Below are positions 1 to 11,700 of a DNA stretch of 59,051 nt, piece by piece. This stretch comes from an uncultured Planctomycetaceae bacterium (GTDB taxonomy: Bacteria; Planctomycetota; Planctomycetia; Pirellulales; UBA1268): the NCBI GenBank assembly GCA_903951635.1, contig CAJBCV010000125.1, positions 1-59,051 of the forward strand. The letters are read 5' to 3'. Below the pieces are notes generated by a model. It saw nothing but the letters and a program-made list of their open reading frames with translations. It was not told where the DNA came from and did no database searches. Within the stretch, counting starts at the first letter, position 1. Each line of letters opens with the position of its first letter. A program made the translations under genes and the position numbers.

Positions 1-224
1 AAGTTGTACATGTACGCTTGGTCTTTGTTGTTCGGCTGATCGTTGGTGTGCGTAAAGCCAACGTACTGGAACGCCAACAAGCGTCGATCCTCGAGCGACT
101 CCACCGCCGCGACCACATCCTGGCCGCGCATCCGCTTCCGCCGGGCCAGACGGGCCGCGCTTCCCTGCGTGCGGGAGGCATCGAGGTCACGGGAGAAGCG
201 ATTGAAAATGCTGCCGAACTTCAT
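1..224 (-). CDS. N-terminal fragment of a putative large secreted/surface protein; the gene continues beyond the left edge
   Basis: It is absent from the ORF track because it runs off the window. ATG at 224-222 is preceded by AGGA (237-234). It translates as MKFGSIFNRFSRDLDASRTQGSAARLARRKRMRGQDVVAAVESLEDRRLLAFQYVGFTHTNDQ... The Arg-rich stretch plus LEDRRLLAF resembles the N-terminus of the giant ORF at 2702. Confidence 0.5.
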   Translation of the reverse strand, partial: MKFGSIFNRFSRDLDASRTQGSAARLARRKRMRGQDVVAAVESLEDRRLLAFQYVGFTHTNDQPNNKDQAYMYN

Positions 225-767
225 GGCGCTTTTTCCTAAAAAAGAAATCTGCTGACGGGCGGATGAGGTGGCTGGCGGAAGACACTACCGCCGGTGGTGG
301 GGTCACCGGCCTAGGAGGATGACAGGGAATCGACGTACGGAGTACCGCAATGCCCCAGGGGGCCGGAAGGGGAAACCGTCGCACGGTTTGAGGAGATACG
401 GGGCAATCGGGTCAGATCGGCGGGGAGCGTGGCCGCAGCGCGGGGGAGCGATCCCCATCGCGTTGGCGGACCAGCGCCGCAGCCGGAGGCATGCTCGCGA
501 GGGTGTATCAAACCCACGACCATGCACCGACCGCGAATCGCGGCCTGCCGTTTCCTGCTTCTCCCGTGCCTGCCTGCTGGCAAGGCGATGGTCTGATCCT
601 TGTGTTGCCCCGTCTCCACTAGAACGGGTGTCATCGGAAAAAGTTCGCCCACCGGTTCCGAATTTTTCCGGAGAGCCCTGCTTCTCCGGTCCGAACACGA
701 GTTTTTCCGGGGTTTTCGTGGTTTGGGGGTTTTCGGGGATTTGCGGGCCCCCGTCCCGAAATGCCGG

Positions 768-787
768 TTCCCGCCGGGGGGCGGGAA
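768..787 (-). terminator. weak GC hairpin downstream of the beta-barrel gene
   Basis: Perfect 8-bp arms ttcccgcc / ggcgggaa with a 4-nt loop, 37 nt beyond the stop at 824. No U-tract follows. Confidence 0.2.
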
Positions 788-823
788 GGCACCGAACAGG
801 TTCGGACCGGCCGGAGCCGCTCA

Positions 824-2158
824 TCACCACCGCCCCTCGAGGCCGAGCGACACGCCCTGCACCACCGTGCTCCCGGCGGTGTTGAGCGACCCGCGGACCG
901 GCGAAGCCGAGCCACCCGAGCTGAGCGTCTGGCCGCGGAGTTGGTTGGTCGGCTGGGCGAGGCCTTGGAGCCAGAGACCGAGGTAGCCGACGCGAAGCGA
1001 AAGATTGCAGGTGATCGGGAGGGTGCCAGTCAGCCCCACCTCACCGACAAAGGCCGCGGCGCCTCCGGCGGCCCGGACGTTGGCTGTCTGCACCTCGCCG
1101 GGGGCGAGTTCGTAGGTGTAGGCCGAGTTCTGCACCGCGTTGTTGTAGTAGGCCCCGCCCTTGAGAAGGCCGTCGACCCGGAAGCCCTGGCCGCGGTCCC
1201 AGAGGCGGATGTCGGTGCCGATCTGATAGCCGTAGAGGCTGTTGTAGGTCTGGTTGCCGAAGATGTCCTGGCCGTAGATCGGCTGCGGGTCGGTGGGATC
1301 GAACTGGTAATGGTCGGCAAGGGTGAGGTTTTCCCCCCAGCCGAGCATCCGGAAGCCCTGCATGAGGGCGATGTTCGGCCGGACTCGCGCCCAGCGGTTG
1401 AACTCGAAGCTCCAGATCGACGCGCTCAGGTCAGCGGTGGCGGTGTCGACCGGCGTGAAGGCGTTGCCGTAGATGCCCGGCGGCGTAATCCCGTAGCCGT
1501 TGATCGACGGCAGCGTCGCCTCCTGAGAGCGGAAGTTCGCCGCGTTGAACCAGGTCGTCTCCCAGGCATTCTGGCAGTCGTCGGTGCGGTAGATGGAAAA
1601 CCGTGGACCGGCCGCCGGCGTGCTCTCGAGTTGGCCGGCGCTGAGGGCCGTCGCGCCGTACCCGTTGGGGGTGTCGGCCGTGTAAGAATAGAGCGGGATG
1701 TCGTTGGGGGAATTGCGCCACAGGATCAGGGCGTCGCTGCGGAACGTCCAGGTGGCGCACTTGTTGTCGTGGAGCACTTGGAGCAGGCCGGGCTGCTCGA
1801 ACGGCCCCTGATCGCGGGGATAGCGGCAGGCGTCGGTCACCCAGCCGGTCCAGTCGCCGGAGCCGCCACCCTCGTCGACGACGGCGGCGCTGGAGTCATA
1901 CGGGCCCGATGAGACGACGGCGGAAGACTCCCGCTCGACGACCGGGCCGGAGGAGTTCGACTCGGTCGGAGAAAAACCGAGCCCTTCCGGGGAAGGCGGA
2001 TCGATGAGCTCGACGCCGCTGTCGGCCACGACGGCCCGGCTGCCATCCTCGTCTGCACCCCAGTCTTGGCCGGCGGCGGGCACCACCGTCATCGCTGCGG
2101 TCGCCGCCACCGACATGGCGGCCATCCACCCTCCGATTCGCGCCTGTTTCCGCATCAT
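824..2158 (-). CDS. predicted outer-membrane beta-barrel protein, BBP7-like putative porin family (paralog 1)
   Basis: 444-aa ORF with an ATG-ATG start and GGAGACGGGAAAG upstream. The N-terminus looks like a Sec signal (MMRKQARIGGWMAAMSVAATAAMTVVPAAGQ). An acidic low-complexity stretch of ~100 aa is followed by beta-strand-like sequence. The C-terminus LGLEGRW ends in an aromatic residue, like a beta-signal. It is collinear with 17565..18938. Confidence 0.7.
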   Translation of the reverse strand: MMRKQARIGGWMAAMSVAATAAMTVVPAAGQDWGADEDGSRAVVADSGVELIDPPSPEGLGFSPTESNSSGPVVERESSAVVSSGPYDSSAAVVDEGGGSGDWTGWVTDACRYPRDQGPFEQPGLLQVLHDNKCATWTFRSDALILWRNSPNDIPLYSYTADTPNGYGATALSAGQLESTPAAGPRFSIYRTDDCQNAWETTWFNAANFRSQEATLPSINGYGITPPGIYGNAFTPVDTATADLSASIWSFEFNRWARVRPNIALMQGFRMLGWGENLTLADHYQFDPTDPQPIYGQDIFGNQTYNSLYGYQIGTDIRLWDRGQGFRVDGLLKGGAYYNNAVQNSAYTYELAPGEVQTANVRAAGGAAAFVGEVGLTGTLPITCNLSLRVGYLGLWLQGLAQPTNQLRGQTLSSGGSASPVRGSLNTAGSTVVQGVSLGLEGRW

Positions 2159-2701
2159 CTTTCCCGTCTCCGGTGGAAACTCCGAACTGCGGGATGGAAT
2201 CGGTCATACCGGTCCTGCGGCGGTAGGGTTGTGCCCGCAGTTCCTGTCAGGAAATCTGGGAGGGCTGGGCGCCGGAACCCCCGGCGAAACAGGCTTTCCC
2301 AGGCCGCCCCGTCAGCCCCGTCGTGCGGGGGATGGGGCAGGCCGCGCAAGGCACCACGATGGGAGAGGGTGGGAGAGCCCTTCCCGCATCCTCGGTCGGT
2401 TGGAAAACCGGGCTCGCGCGGCCACTCTGAAACCCCCCAAACCGATTCGTTGCCCCGCCTGCAGCGAGACGCTACCCTGCCGACAAGCTTTTTCTTCAGG
2501 AGGGGGAACAGGCTCTGGACCCGTGCCCGGGCGTGGGTCGAAGAGAGTCTGGGGCATTCGGTGGACCGTGTGTTGATCGGTGGCGACGGCCTAAACCTCC
2601 GTCGGAGATCGACACACTCGCAAGCCGATTCTCCCCCCGTCGGTTCCCCGCCCGGCACCCCAATCTCACGTCATTCGGATCCGTTCCCTGCGAGGCCTTC
2701 C

Positions 2702-5700
2702 ATGTTTCTGTCCTGCTGGCTGACCTCCGTCCGGAATCTCTTTTCCTCGCGTCGGCTCCGGTCAGTCCGCCGTCCCGTGCGGCGGTGGCGGCAGTCCGAC
2801 GCCCAGCAGCAACTCGAGCAACTCGAGGCCCGGCAGGTGATGGCGTTCGACTTCGTGTCGGCCGCGGCCCATGTCGGCGCGTTCATCACCGAAGGAAGCA
2901 TCCAGCACGAGGCTCCCCCGCAGATCACGCTCACCTTCAGCCCGGGCTCGAAGGTCGATGCGCAGACGATCGCCAGCGGGATCAGCGTCATCCGCGGTGG
3001 GAATGGCGTTCTCGGGGACAGCGACGACATGCTCGTCGCCCCCGGCAGCATCACCGTCGACGATCTCCCCAACCAGAACTCGGTTGTCATCCGCTTTGCC
3101 GAGACGCTTCCCGACGACGCCTACCGGATCCGGATTACCGGGGCCGGGACGGGGGGGCTGAAGACGGTGTCGCAGGGGTCGGGCATACCTTCGGAACGCT
3201 TCCGCGACGGCGGCACCTTCGAACTCAACTTCCGGCTCGATCTCGGCGCCCAAGTGATGTCGATCGTGCCCCAGCCGGTGGCTCGCCCGAAGCTCATCAC
3301 CTTCGGCAGCGACATGACGCGGTATCGCGACGGCGACCTCCTCCAGGTCACGATCCGCGGTGGGAAGATGACCTTCGAGTTCGACACCGACGGCACCGTG
3401 GCCAGCGGCAATCGCTCGGTGAGCCTCGCCGGAAAGACGGCCACCGACCTTGCCGGGGAGATCGGCGCGGCGATCACGTCGTCGGGGGTTTTCGGCAGTG
3501 AATTGGAACAGGCCGCGACCAACGGCGCCCGGATCAATCTCCGCGGCAGCCAGTTCACACCGATCGTTGCCTTCACCCGCTCTGGCACCGTGCCTGCGGT
3601 GTCGCCGGTCACGGTCGCGGATGGGGCCGTGCTTCTCCAGTCGGCCGACAAGGTCGTCGTCTACTTCAACGCCAACGATCCCCTCACCCAGTCGTCGGCG
3701 CAGAATCCGCGCAACTACCGGCTCATCGAGACCGATCCCGCCACCGGCGGCGACCTCACCGTCCAGGTGCCCGCGAGCGTCTCCTACGATGCCGTCAGCG
3801 GCACCTCGGTGCTGACGTTCGAGGCGGGGAAGGTGGCAGCCGACAAGCTCTACCGGCTTCAGGTCGGCAACTCGACCGACGAGAACAACCTCCTCGACAA
3901 GGCCGTCAACGTCGGCTCGGTGTTCACCGGTAACGGCTACTCCGTCCAGTCGTTCCTCGGCGACGGCACCGATCTGGCCAACGACGTCGATCTCTATCGG
4001 TTGAGCCTGACGGCGGCCGGCACGATCAATGTCGCGATCACGCCCGACGCTTCGCTTGCGCCGCTCGTCCGCCTCTTCGATTCTTCCGGCAACGAGGTGG
4101 CGGTCAGCACCGCCGCCGCCGCGGGGACGGCCCGCACGGTGTCCTTCGTCGCCCCCGCGGGGATGTTCTACGTCGGCATCTCGAGCGTGGGGAACGCGGC
4201 CTACAACCCCACGACCGGCGCGGGCGCCGCCGGCGGCACGACGCGTGGCGGCTACAGACTGGCCCTCGGGTCGACCGTCGCCGTCGGATCCTCCGACGAC
4301 AATTCCAGCTTCTCCACCGCCACGGCGCTCGGCACGATCGGCCTGGCCGGGCAGTCGGTGGCAGGGTCGATCAACGTCCGACCGACGATCGCCACGCCGG
4401 CCGGCAATCTCCTCTTCCCGAGTCAGCCAGGCACGACCGACGAGCCCGGCCATCGGGACATTCCTGTGGGCAACGGCCTCGAATCCCACGGCATGCCCGA
4501 TTCGTCGACCGATCCCGCCAGTCAGATGAAGGTCGTGCGCTACAACTTCCAAGACGTCTACGGCGTCGATCCCCAGGGCAATACGCTCTTCAACGCGATC
4601 ACCGAGGAGCAGAAGCAGCGGGCCCGCGAGATCTTCACCCTCTTCAGCCTCAGTGCCGGGATCCGCTTCATCGAGACGGCCTCGGCCGGCATCACCATCG
4701 CCACCGGCGACATCCGGGCCCTCGATCCCAACGCCCCCACCGGCTCCATCGCCGGCATGGGGGGCCCGGGAGGCGTCGTGATGAACTCCGTCATCGACTG
4801 GGGACAGAGCGAGTACGGGGGATACTGGTACAGCGTCGCTATGCACGAGATCGGCCACGCCATCGGCTTGGGCCACGCCTACGACATTCCGTCGGTGATG
4901 GGAGCGGGAGAGTCGTCGCCGCCGACCGCGATCGGGGAGAACATCCTTCCCTACGACTACGACATCGTCCACCTCAACGTCCTCTACCCGAAGACCGGGT
5001 CGGACATCGACGTTTACAAGTTCTCCCTCGACACCGCCGGCACCTTCTCGGCGCAGACGATCGTGGCCCGCCAGGGGCAGGCGGCGAAGAGCCAGCTCGA
5101 CACCGTCCTCACGCTCTACAAGGAAGTGGCCGGGGTGCGCACCCTCGTAGCCCGCAACGACGACTACTACGGGCGTGATTCGTTCGTCGGCCTCGACCTT
5201 CAGGCGGGGACCTACTTCCTCGCCGTGACGTCGACTGGAAACACGGCTTTCAATCCCGAGGTGATCGATTCGGGCTACGGCGGCCGTTCGGACGGCGCCT
5301 ACGATCTGAAGATCGACTTCACGCCGATCTCCGACGTCGCCAACACGATCGTCGATGCCACCGGCACGGCGTTCGACGGCGACCGCGACGGCAAGGTCGG
5401 CGGCGCCTTCAACTTCTGGTTCAACACGGCCGGGTCGGCCGGCACGATCTGGGTCGACAAGGCAGCGGTCAACACCGCCGCGTCGATCGTCACCGGCTCT
5501 CCCACGGTGACCGTCGCCAGCACCGCCGATCTCGTCGAAGGTCGGGTGGTCGTCGGCATCGGGATCCCGGCCGGGGCGACGGTCGCCGCGATCGTCAGCC
5601 CGACACAGTTCACGCTCTCCAGGAACGCCACGGCCACCAACCCCACCGCCGGGCTCACCTTCGGCACGCTGTCGAGCCCCTACCGGACGATCACCGCGGC

Positions 5701-8700
5701 GCTTGCCGCGGTCACGCCCGCGACGCGGATCATCCGTATCCTCGGCAACACCGGCAACGATGCCTCGATCCTCGACGACAAGCCTTACCTCATCGGCACC
5801 GCGCTGTCCGGGACGGCGCTTGCCGACGGGGCGACGTTCAATGTCCCGAAGGGCGTGACGGTGATGGTCGACGAAGGGGCGGCGCTCAAGCTCCGCGCCG
5901 CCGTCATCAACGTCGGCAGCTCCTCCGGGCTCGTCTCCCGGGCCGGGGCCGCGCTCCAGGTCCTCGGCACGCCGACAGGGCGGGTGAAGTTCTCCTCGTA
6001 TCACGATGACACGCTCGGCGGCGACAGCGACGGCGTCGGGCCGGCGGTGCAGGGGGGCCAGTGGGGCGGCCTCGTTCTCCGCCGCGACTCCGACTCCCCC
6101 ACCGGGAAGGTGTTCCTCAACACGATCAGCCTGGCGTCGCTGAAGTACGGCGGCGGCAACGTGTTCGTCGACTCGGAGCTCCAGTCGTTCGCCCCGATCC
6201 ATGTCGAAAGCACCCGCCCGACGCTCGCCTTCAACGAGATCTTCTCGAGCGCCGGGGCGGCAATCTCTGCCGATCCCGATGCCTTCCTCGACGCCGACGG
6301 CCGCTACGGACCGGAAGTCCGTGGCAACCGGCTCCTCGGCAACACGATCAACGGACTCTTCGTCCGCATTCGCACGGCGCTCGGCAGCCCGATCGACAAG
6401 CTCGACGTGCCGGCCCGCTTCAAGAGCACCGACATCGTCTATGTGATCCAAGAGAATCTGATCCTCGCCGGCGGCGCCGGCGGATATCTCTTGAACGAGG
6501 CGACAGGCAGGCCGGAGGCTCGGGCGACGGGGCGCCTGCAGGTCGACCACGGCGTCGTGGTCAAGCTCCAGGGATCGCGGATCGAGCTCGAGCGTGGCAA
6601 CGCGCAGCTCATCGCCGAAGGGACCGCCGAGCAGCGGGTGATCTTCACGAGCCTGGCCGACAGTCGCTTCGGTGCCGGCTCGACCTTCGACACCAATGGC
6701 AACGCTCCCGACGTGCGCTCCGCCGGCGACTGGGGCGGGATCATCATCCAGGCTGGATCGAAGGCGAGCATCGACAACGCCTACGTGGCCTATGCCGGCG
6801 GCCTGACGGCGATCGAGGGAGGCTTCGACCGCTTCGATGCCTTCGAGGTTCAGCAGGGTGAGCTGCGTCTCGCCAACAGCCGGATCGAGTTCAATGCCTC
6901 GGGGCGGTCGACCACCGATCGCAATGCCCGCGGCAGCAACGACGATTCGACCGTCTTCGTCCGTGCCGCTCAGCCGGTGATCGTCGGCAACGATTTCCGC
7001 GACAACTCCGGCGCCACGATCAGCGTCAATGCCAACGCGATGTCGGATCGGGCGATGCCCGATTACGGTCGGAGCACCGGCGAAATCGACCGCTTTGTCG
7101 AATACGACGACAACGTCGGCCCGCTCCTCCGCGACAACCGGATCTCGACGAAGATCAATTACGCCACCGACCGGCAGAAGGGGGCCTTCGACATCACCCT
7201 CGACTTCGCCGCCGGTGTGTCACAGGCGATCAGGGATGCGATGGCGGCGGCGGCCTTCCGCTGGGAAACGGTGATCACCGGCGACCTCACCTCGGTGCGG
7301 GACAGCAACGGTACCGTCATCGACGACATCGTCATCCGGGTTCAGCCGGGACTCCTCGGCTCGGCCGGCAGCGACGGCTCCGGAGGCACGCTTGCCAACG
7401 CCGGTCCGACGGCTTTCCGTGCGGCGAACGACAGGAATCCGTTCCTCCCTTACAAGGCCGAGGTCGGCGTCGATATGGCCGACGCCACGAGCAGCCAACT
7501 CGTCACGATCCTCACCCACGAGATCGGCCACGCGCTCGGCTTCACCAACGTGAGCAACCTGCTCAACCTGATCTCGGGGGTGCGGTACGTCGGTGCCAAC
7601 GCGCTGCAAGAGTACCGCAATACGTTCGACGCCACGGCGACCTCCGTGCCCCTCGAGGGGGGCGGCGGCGCAGGCACCGCCTTCGCGCACTGGTCGGAGG
7701 CGACTTTCGGCTCCGAGCTCCTTACCGGCTTCCTCAACGCCGGCATCAATCCCCTCACCCGGCTCACGGTGGGGGCATTCCAGGACATGGGCTACTCGGT
7801 CAATTACTCCGCGGCCGACGACTATCTGCCGAAGGCGGGCACGGCCGGCTACGCGGCGCCGGTGAGCGGTGTGGTCGTGCGTGGCGGTCAGATCACGGTC
7901 GACAGCGTCTGGGACGACGATGATCACGTCCACGTCCTCCGGGATGAGATCGTCGTCGACAATCTTCACACGGCCACGAGCCTGCGGCTGGAGAGCAAGG
8001 CCGGGGCGAGCCTCGTGGTCAAGCTCGACGGGCTCAACGCCGGCTTCACCGCCACCGGCACGCCGGGCGAGATCGACGACCGGATCGGCGGCACGATCCA
8101 GATCGTCGGGGCACCGGGATACCCGGTGGTGCTCACGAGCCTCTACGACGACACGGTCGGCGCGAGCCTCGACCCGCTCGGCCGCACCGTCACCGACACC
8201 AACAACGACGGCCGGGCTTGGATCGACGCCACGGCGACGGCCCCCGTGGCCGGCAGCTGGCGGAGCCTGAAGTTCCTCCCGCTCTCCAACGACACCAACG
8301 TCGCCATCGTCCGTGAGGCCGAGAAACCGTTCACGAACCTCGTCGACATCAATCAGGTTCCCGATGCCGCGCAGGTGCTCGGTGTCCTCGCGCCGACGTT
8401 CACGACCGGCACGGCCTCGTCGGAATCGGTCCAAAACAAGTCGAGCGACGATAACCGGCGCGACGGCTTCGCTGTCCGCGGCACGATCGCCACCGACGAC
8501 CCGACCGACGTCGACATCTACAGCTTCACCGGCTACGCCGGGTCGGAAGTGTGGCTCGACCTCGACAAGACGTCCGCCGCCCTCGACACGATGCTCGAAC
8601 TCCTCGACGCCTCGGGCCAGGTCCTCGCCCGTTCCGCCGACAGCCAAACCGACACCGGCTCAGTGACCGGCGAAGTGATCGTCAATCCGTCGGCCGGCAC

Positions 8701-11700
8701 GAGTGTCGGCTATCAGCTCGGCAACGGCAACATTCTTCCCGGCACGCTCGGCGGCGTGATCTACCGCGGCAACACCGCCATCCAGACGTTCACCGTCAAT
8801 CGGGCGGGCACGTTCACGTTTACGGCCATCGGTGCCCCGGCCACGAGAGTGCTCTCCGCGACGCTCGACCGTGACACCGGGCTCGTGACCTTCACCTGGT
8901 CGGCCTCCGTCGGCTCTGCCACCACGCGCATCGAGGCGGATTACTCCTTCGGGAATCTTTCCCTGGGGACCCTCGGCTACACCGCTACAGGCGATCACGG
9001 CGCTTTGCCGCTCCAGAAAGATGCCTACCGCGGCAACGACTATTACACGGTCAACCCCCGCGATGCCGGCTTCCGGGCGGTCCTCCCCGGCAGTAACGGC
9101 AGCCTCAACACGTACTTCGTCCGCGTCCGCAGCCAGCCCAACGTCGCGCCGACGGCGACGAAGACGGCCTACGAAGCGGCGCTGACCGATCCCGATGTGA
9201 AGACGGGGGCCACGAGCGGCTTCTACGAGCTCCGTGTCCGTCTCCAGCAGCGCGACCAGATTCCCGGCTCGACGGTTCAGTATGCCGACATCCGCTTTGC
9301 CACCACCGGCATCGACGTTCAGGGATTGCCGCGCAACTCGCTCCTGGCGGGCACCGCCTCCGAGATCGCGCTGAACACGAACAGGACGTTCATCGAGGCA
9401 CAGGATATCGGTAAGCTCCTTCAGAGTGATCAAAACACGATCAGCCTGGCGGGCACCGTCGCGTCTCCGACCGACGTTCGCTGGTACACCTTCTCCCTCG
9501 ACTACGCCGGGATCCAGGCGATCAGCGGTGTCAATGGCGGCGGCAAGACTTGGGCGACGGTTCTCGACATCGATTACGCCGACGGGTTCCGCGGCGATTT
9601 GACGATGTCGGTGTTCGACGCGACCGGCAGGCTGATCTACGTCGGCCGCGATTCCAACGTCGCCGCTGACCAACCCGGCGCCGGGCAGGGGAACGACTTC
9701 AAGGATCTCTCCCGTGGTTCCGTCGGCAAGCTCGATCCCTTCATCGGCAGCGTGCAGCTCCCGGCGGGGGCGACGCCGGCGAGTCCAACGAAGTACTACG
9801 TCGCGATCACCTCCAATGCCCAACTCCCGAGTGCCCTCGACGCCACGTTCCGAAGTGGCGCCACCAACGCGCTGGTGCGTCTGGAGCCGGTCAACTCCGT
9901 GCAGCGGGTCATCGAAGATCACATCGGCTCGACGGGCTACACCTCCACCGGCCTCGAGGTGAAGCCGACCCAGGGACCGCTCATCAACGTTGGCACGGCG
10001 CAGCAACTCTCGGCCAACGTCCGGGCCTTCACGCTCGCCGATGTGCCGCTCTTCGTGACGACGGGGGACGGCCTCTACACCGGCAATGCGCTCAGGGGCG
10101 GCAGGGTGACGACGATCCGCGAGGGATACAGTGGTAATGGGCAGGTTGGTGATATCGACATGCGTCCCGACGGGAGGTTGTTCCAGTACTTCGGACAGAA
10201 CGACGACACCGGCAATGTCGGCCATCTGCGGCAGATCGACACGGGAACCGGTGCAGTGCTCTCCGACGCCGGGGACGCGATCCCGGACGTGCCCGCTACG
10301 CCGGCCGTCGAGGACTTCTGGAAACTGACGAGCAACTCCGTCGATGCGATGACGATCGGCCGTACCGAGGTCGGGAAATACGAAAACGCCATCTTCTATT
10401 CGGTGCGGAGTGGAGCGACGTCGTATCTCTATTGGGGGCGGACGAGCGGCAACGCGGCGTTCAACAAGGACGACCCGCCGTACAGCCAGAAGGGCGAGAT
10501 CAAGGGCGCCGGTATCACCGGCCTCACGACCGGGCTTCAGTTCCGCAACGACAACTCCGGTACGCTCTTCGGCGTCAGCGCCGGCGGGCAGTTCTACACC
10601 GTCGCTGCCGGTAGCGGAGATGCGACGCTCTTGGCGGATTTCGCGCCAGACCTTGCCGCGCTTGGTGACGGCACGACTGGCTTTCAAGGTCTTGCAGCGG
10701 CGCCGATGAATCTTGAGAGCGGCCGCTATGCCGGCATGTTCTTCGCGATCACCAACACCGGTCGGTTGGTGTGCATCGACGTCGCCAACAGGAAATTGCT
10801 GGAGAACGTGTTCGACAACGACGGTGACGGCGCTCCCGAGGCGTCGATTTCGAGGCCGACCGTTGGCGGGGCCACAGGCCTCGCCTTCTCGCCGCTGGAC
10901 GTCAATCTCTGGCACCCGACGACCCGTCGCGGCGACCTTTCGAACGACAGTGTCGGTGCGGCCGATCCTGGCCACGGGATCAACGGCACGCCCGACAACT
11001 CGCGCACCAGCGATGATGCGAAGGTCGGCGGCACGAGCATGTACTTTGGCCTCGAGGAGTACAACAACGATGGCGGCAACACCTACATTGGCTTCAACCC
11101 GGCCGGCGTCAACGGGCAGTACGGAGTTAGTGGGAATGGGGCCTACAACTGGCAGGAAGAGCTGACGGGCAACGCCGAGATCGGCAACAACTACAATCTT
11201 CCCGGTGGCGCGCAGGGGAGCCTTGTCACGAACGCCTTCAGCCTCGCTGGCTACGCCCTTACCGACAAGCCGACGCTCTACTTCAACTACTTCCTCGACA
11301 CGCAAAACGCCCAAGGCGACCGAGACAACAACACGATGCGCGATAGCGCGCGGGTGTTCATCTCCGTCGACAACGGCTTGACGTGGGAAGTGATCGCGAC
11401 CAACAACGGCGTGAAGTCGGCGCTCGACGACGTGAATGCCGAACTCCCCAACACGATCAGCGCGTCGTCGGCGGCAGGCACCGCGACGAATCAGTCGGTG
11501 CAGGAGTTGTTCGATTCCACCGGCAGCTGGCGGCAGGCCCGCGTCGACCTGGGAGCCTGGGCGGGAAGGTCGAACATCCAGCTCCGCTTCGACTTCAGCA
11601 CGGCTGGCGAGATGGATGCCGCCGCGAAGCGGACCTCCGCCGACGAGATCAAGACGGTCGCCTCGGCCGCTGGGACGACCGTGACACTCGACAGCGTCTC

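Noticed and set aside
268-986. ORFs in the 599-bp intergenic region (268..885, 303..830, 311..652, 600..986, 631..915)
   Set aside because: All are Arg/Gly/Pro-rich and mutually overlapping, with no RBS or motif support, so I treat the region as non-coding. I also looked for RNase P, SRP, tmRNA and 6S-like signatures and did not recognise any.
2066-2701. The first 212 codons of the 5057-aa track ORF
   Set aside because: The composition is R/G/P/H-rich junk (MAGGGHHRHRCGRRHRHGG...). The segment overlaps the divergent promoter region. The ATG at 2702 gives an N-terminus matching the motif of the neighbouring gene.
2702-2860. Tat (twin-arginine) signal on the giant protein
   Set aside because: Several RR pairs are present, but there is no S/T-R-R-x-F-L-K context and no following hydrophobic h-region or AxA cleavage site.
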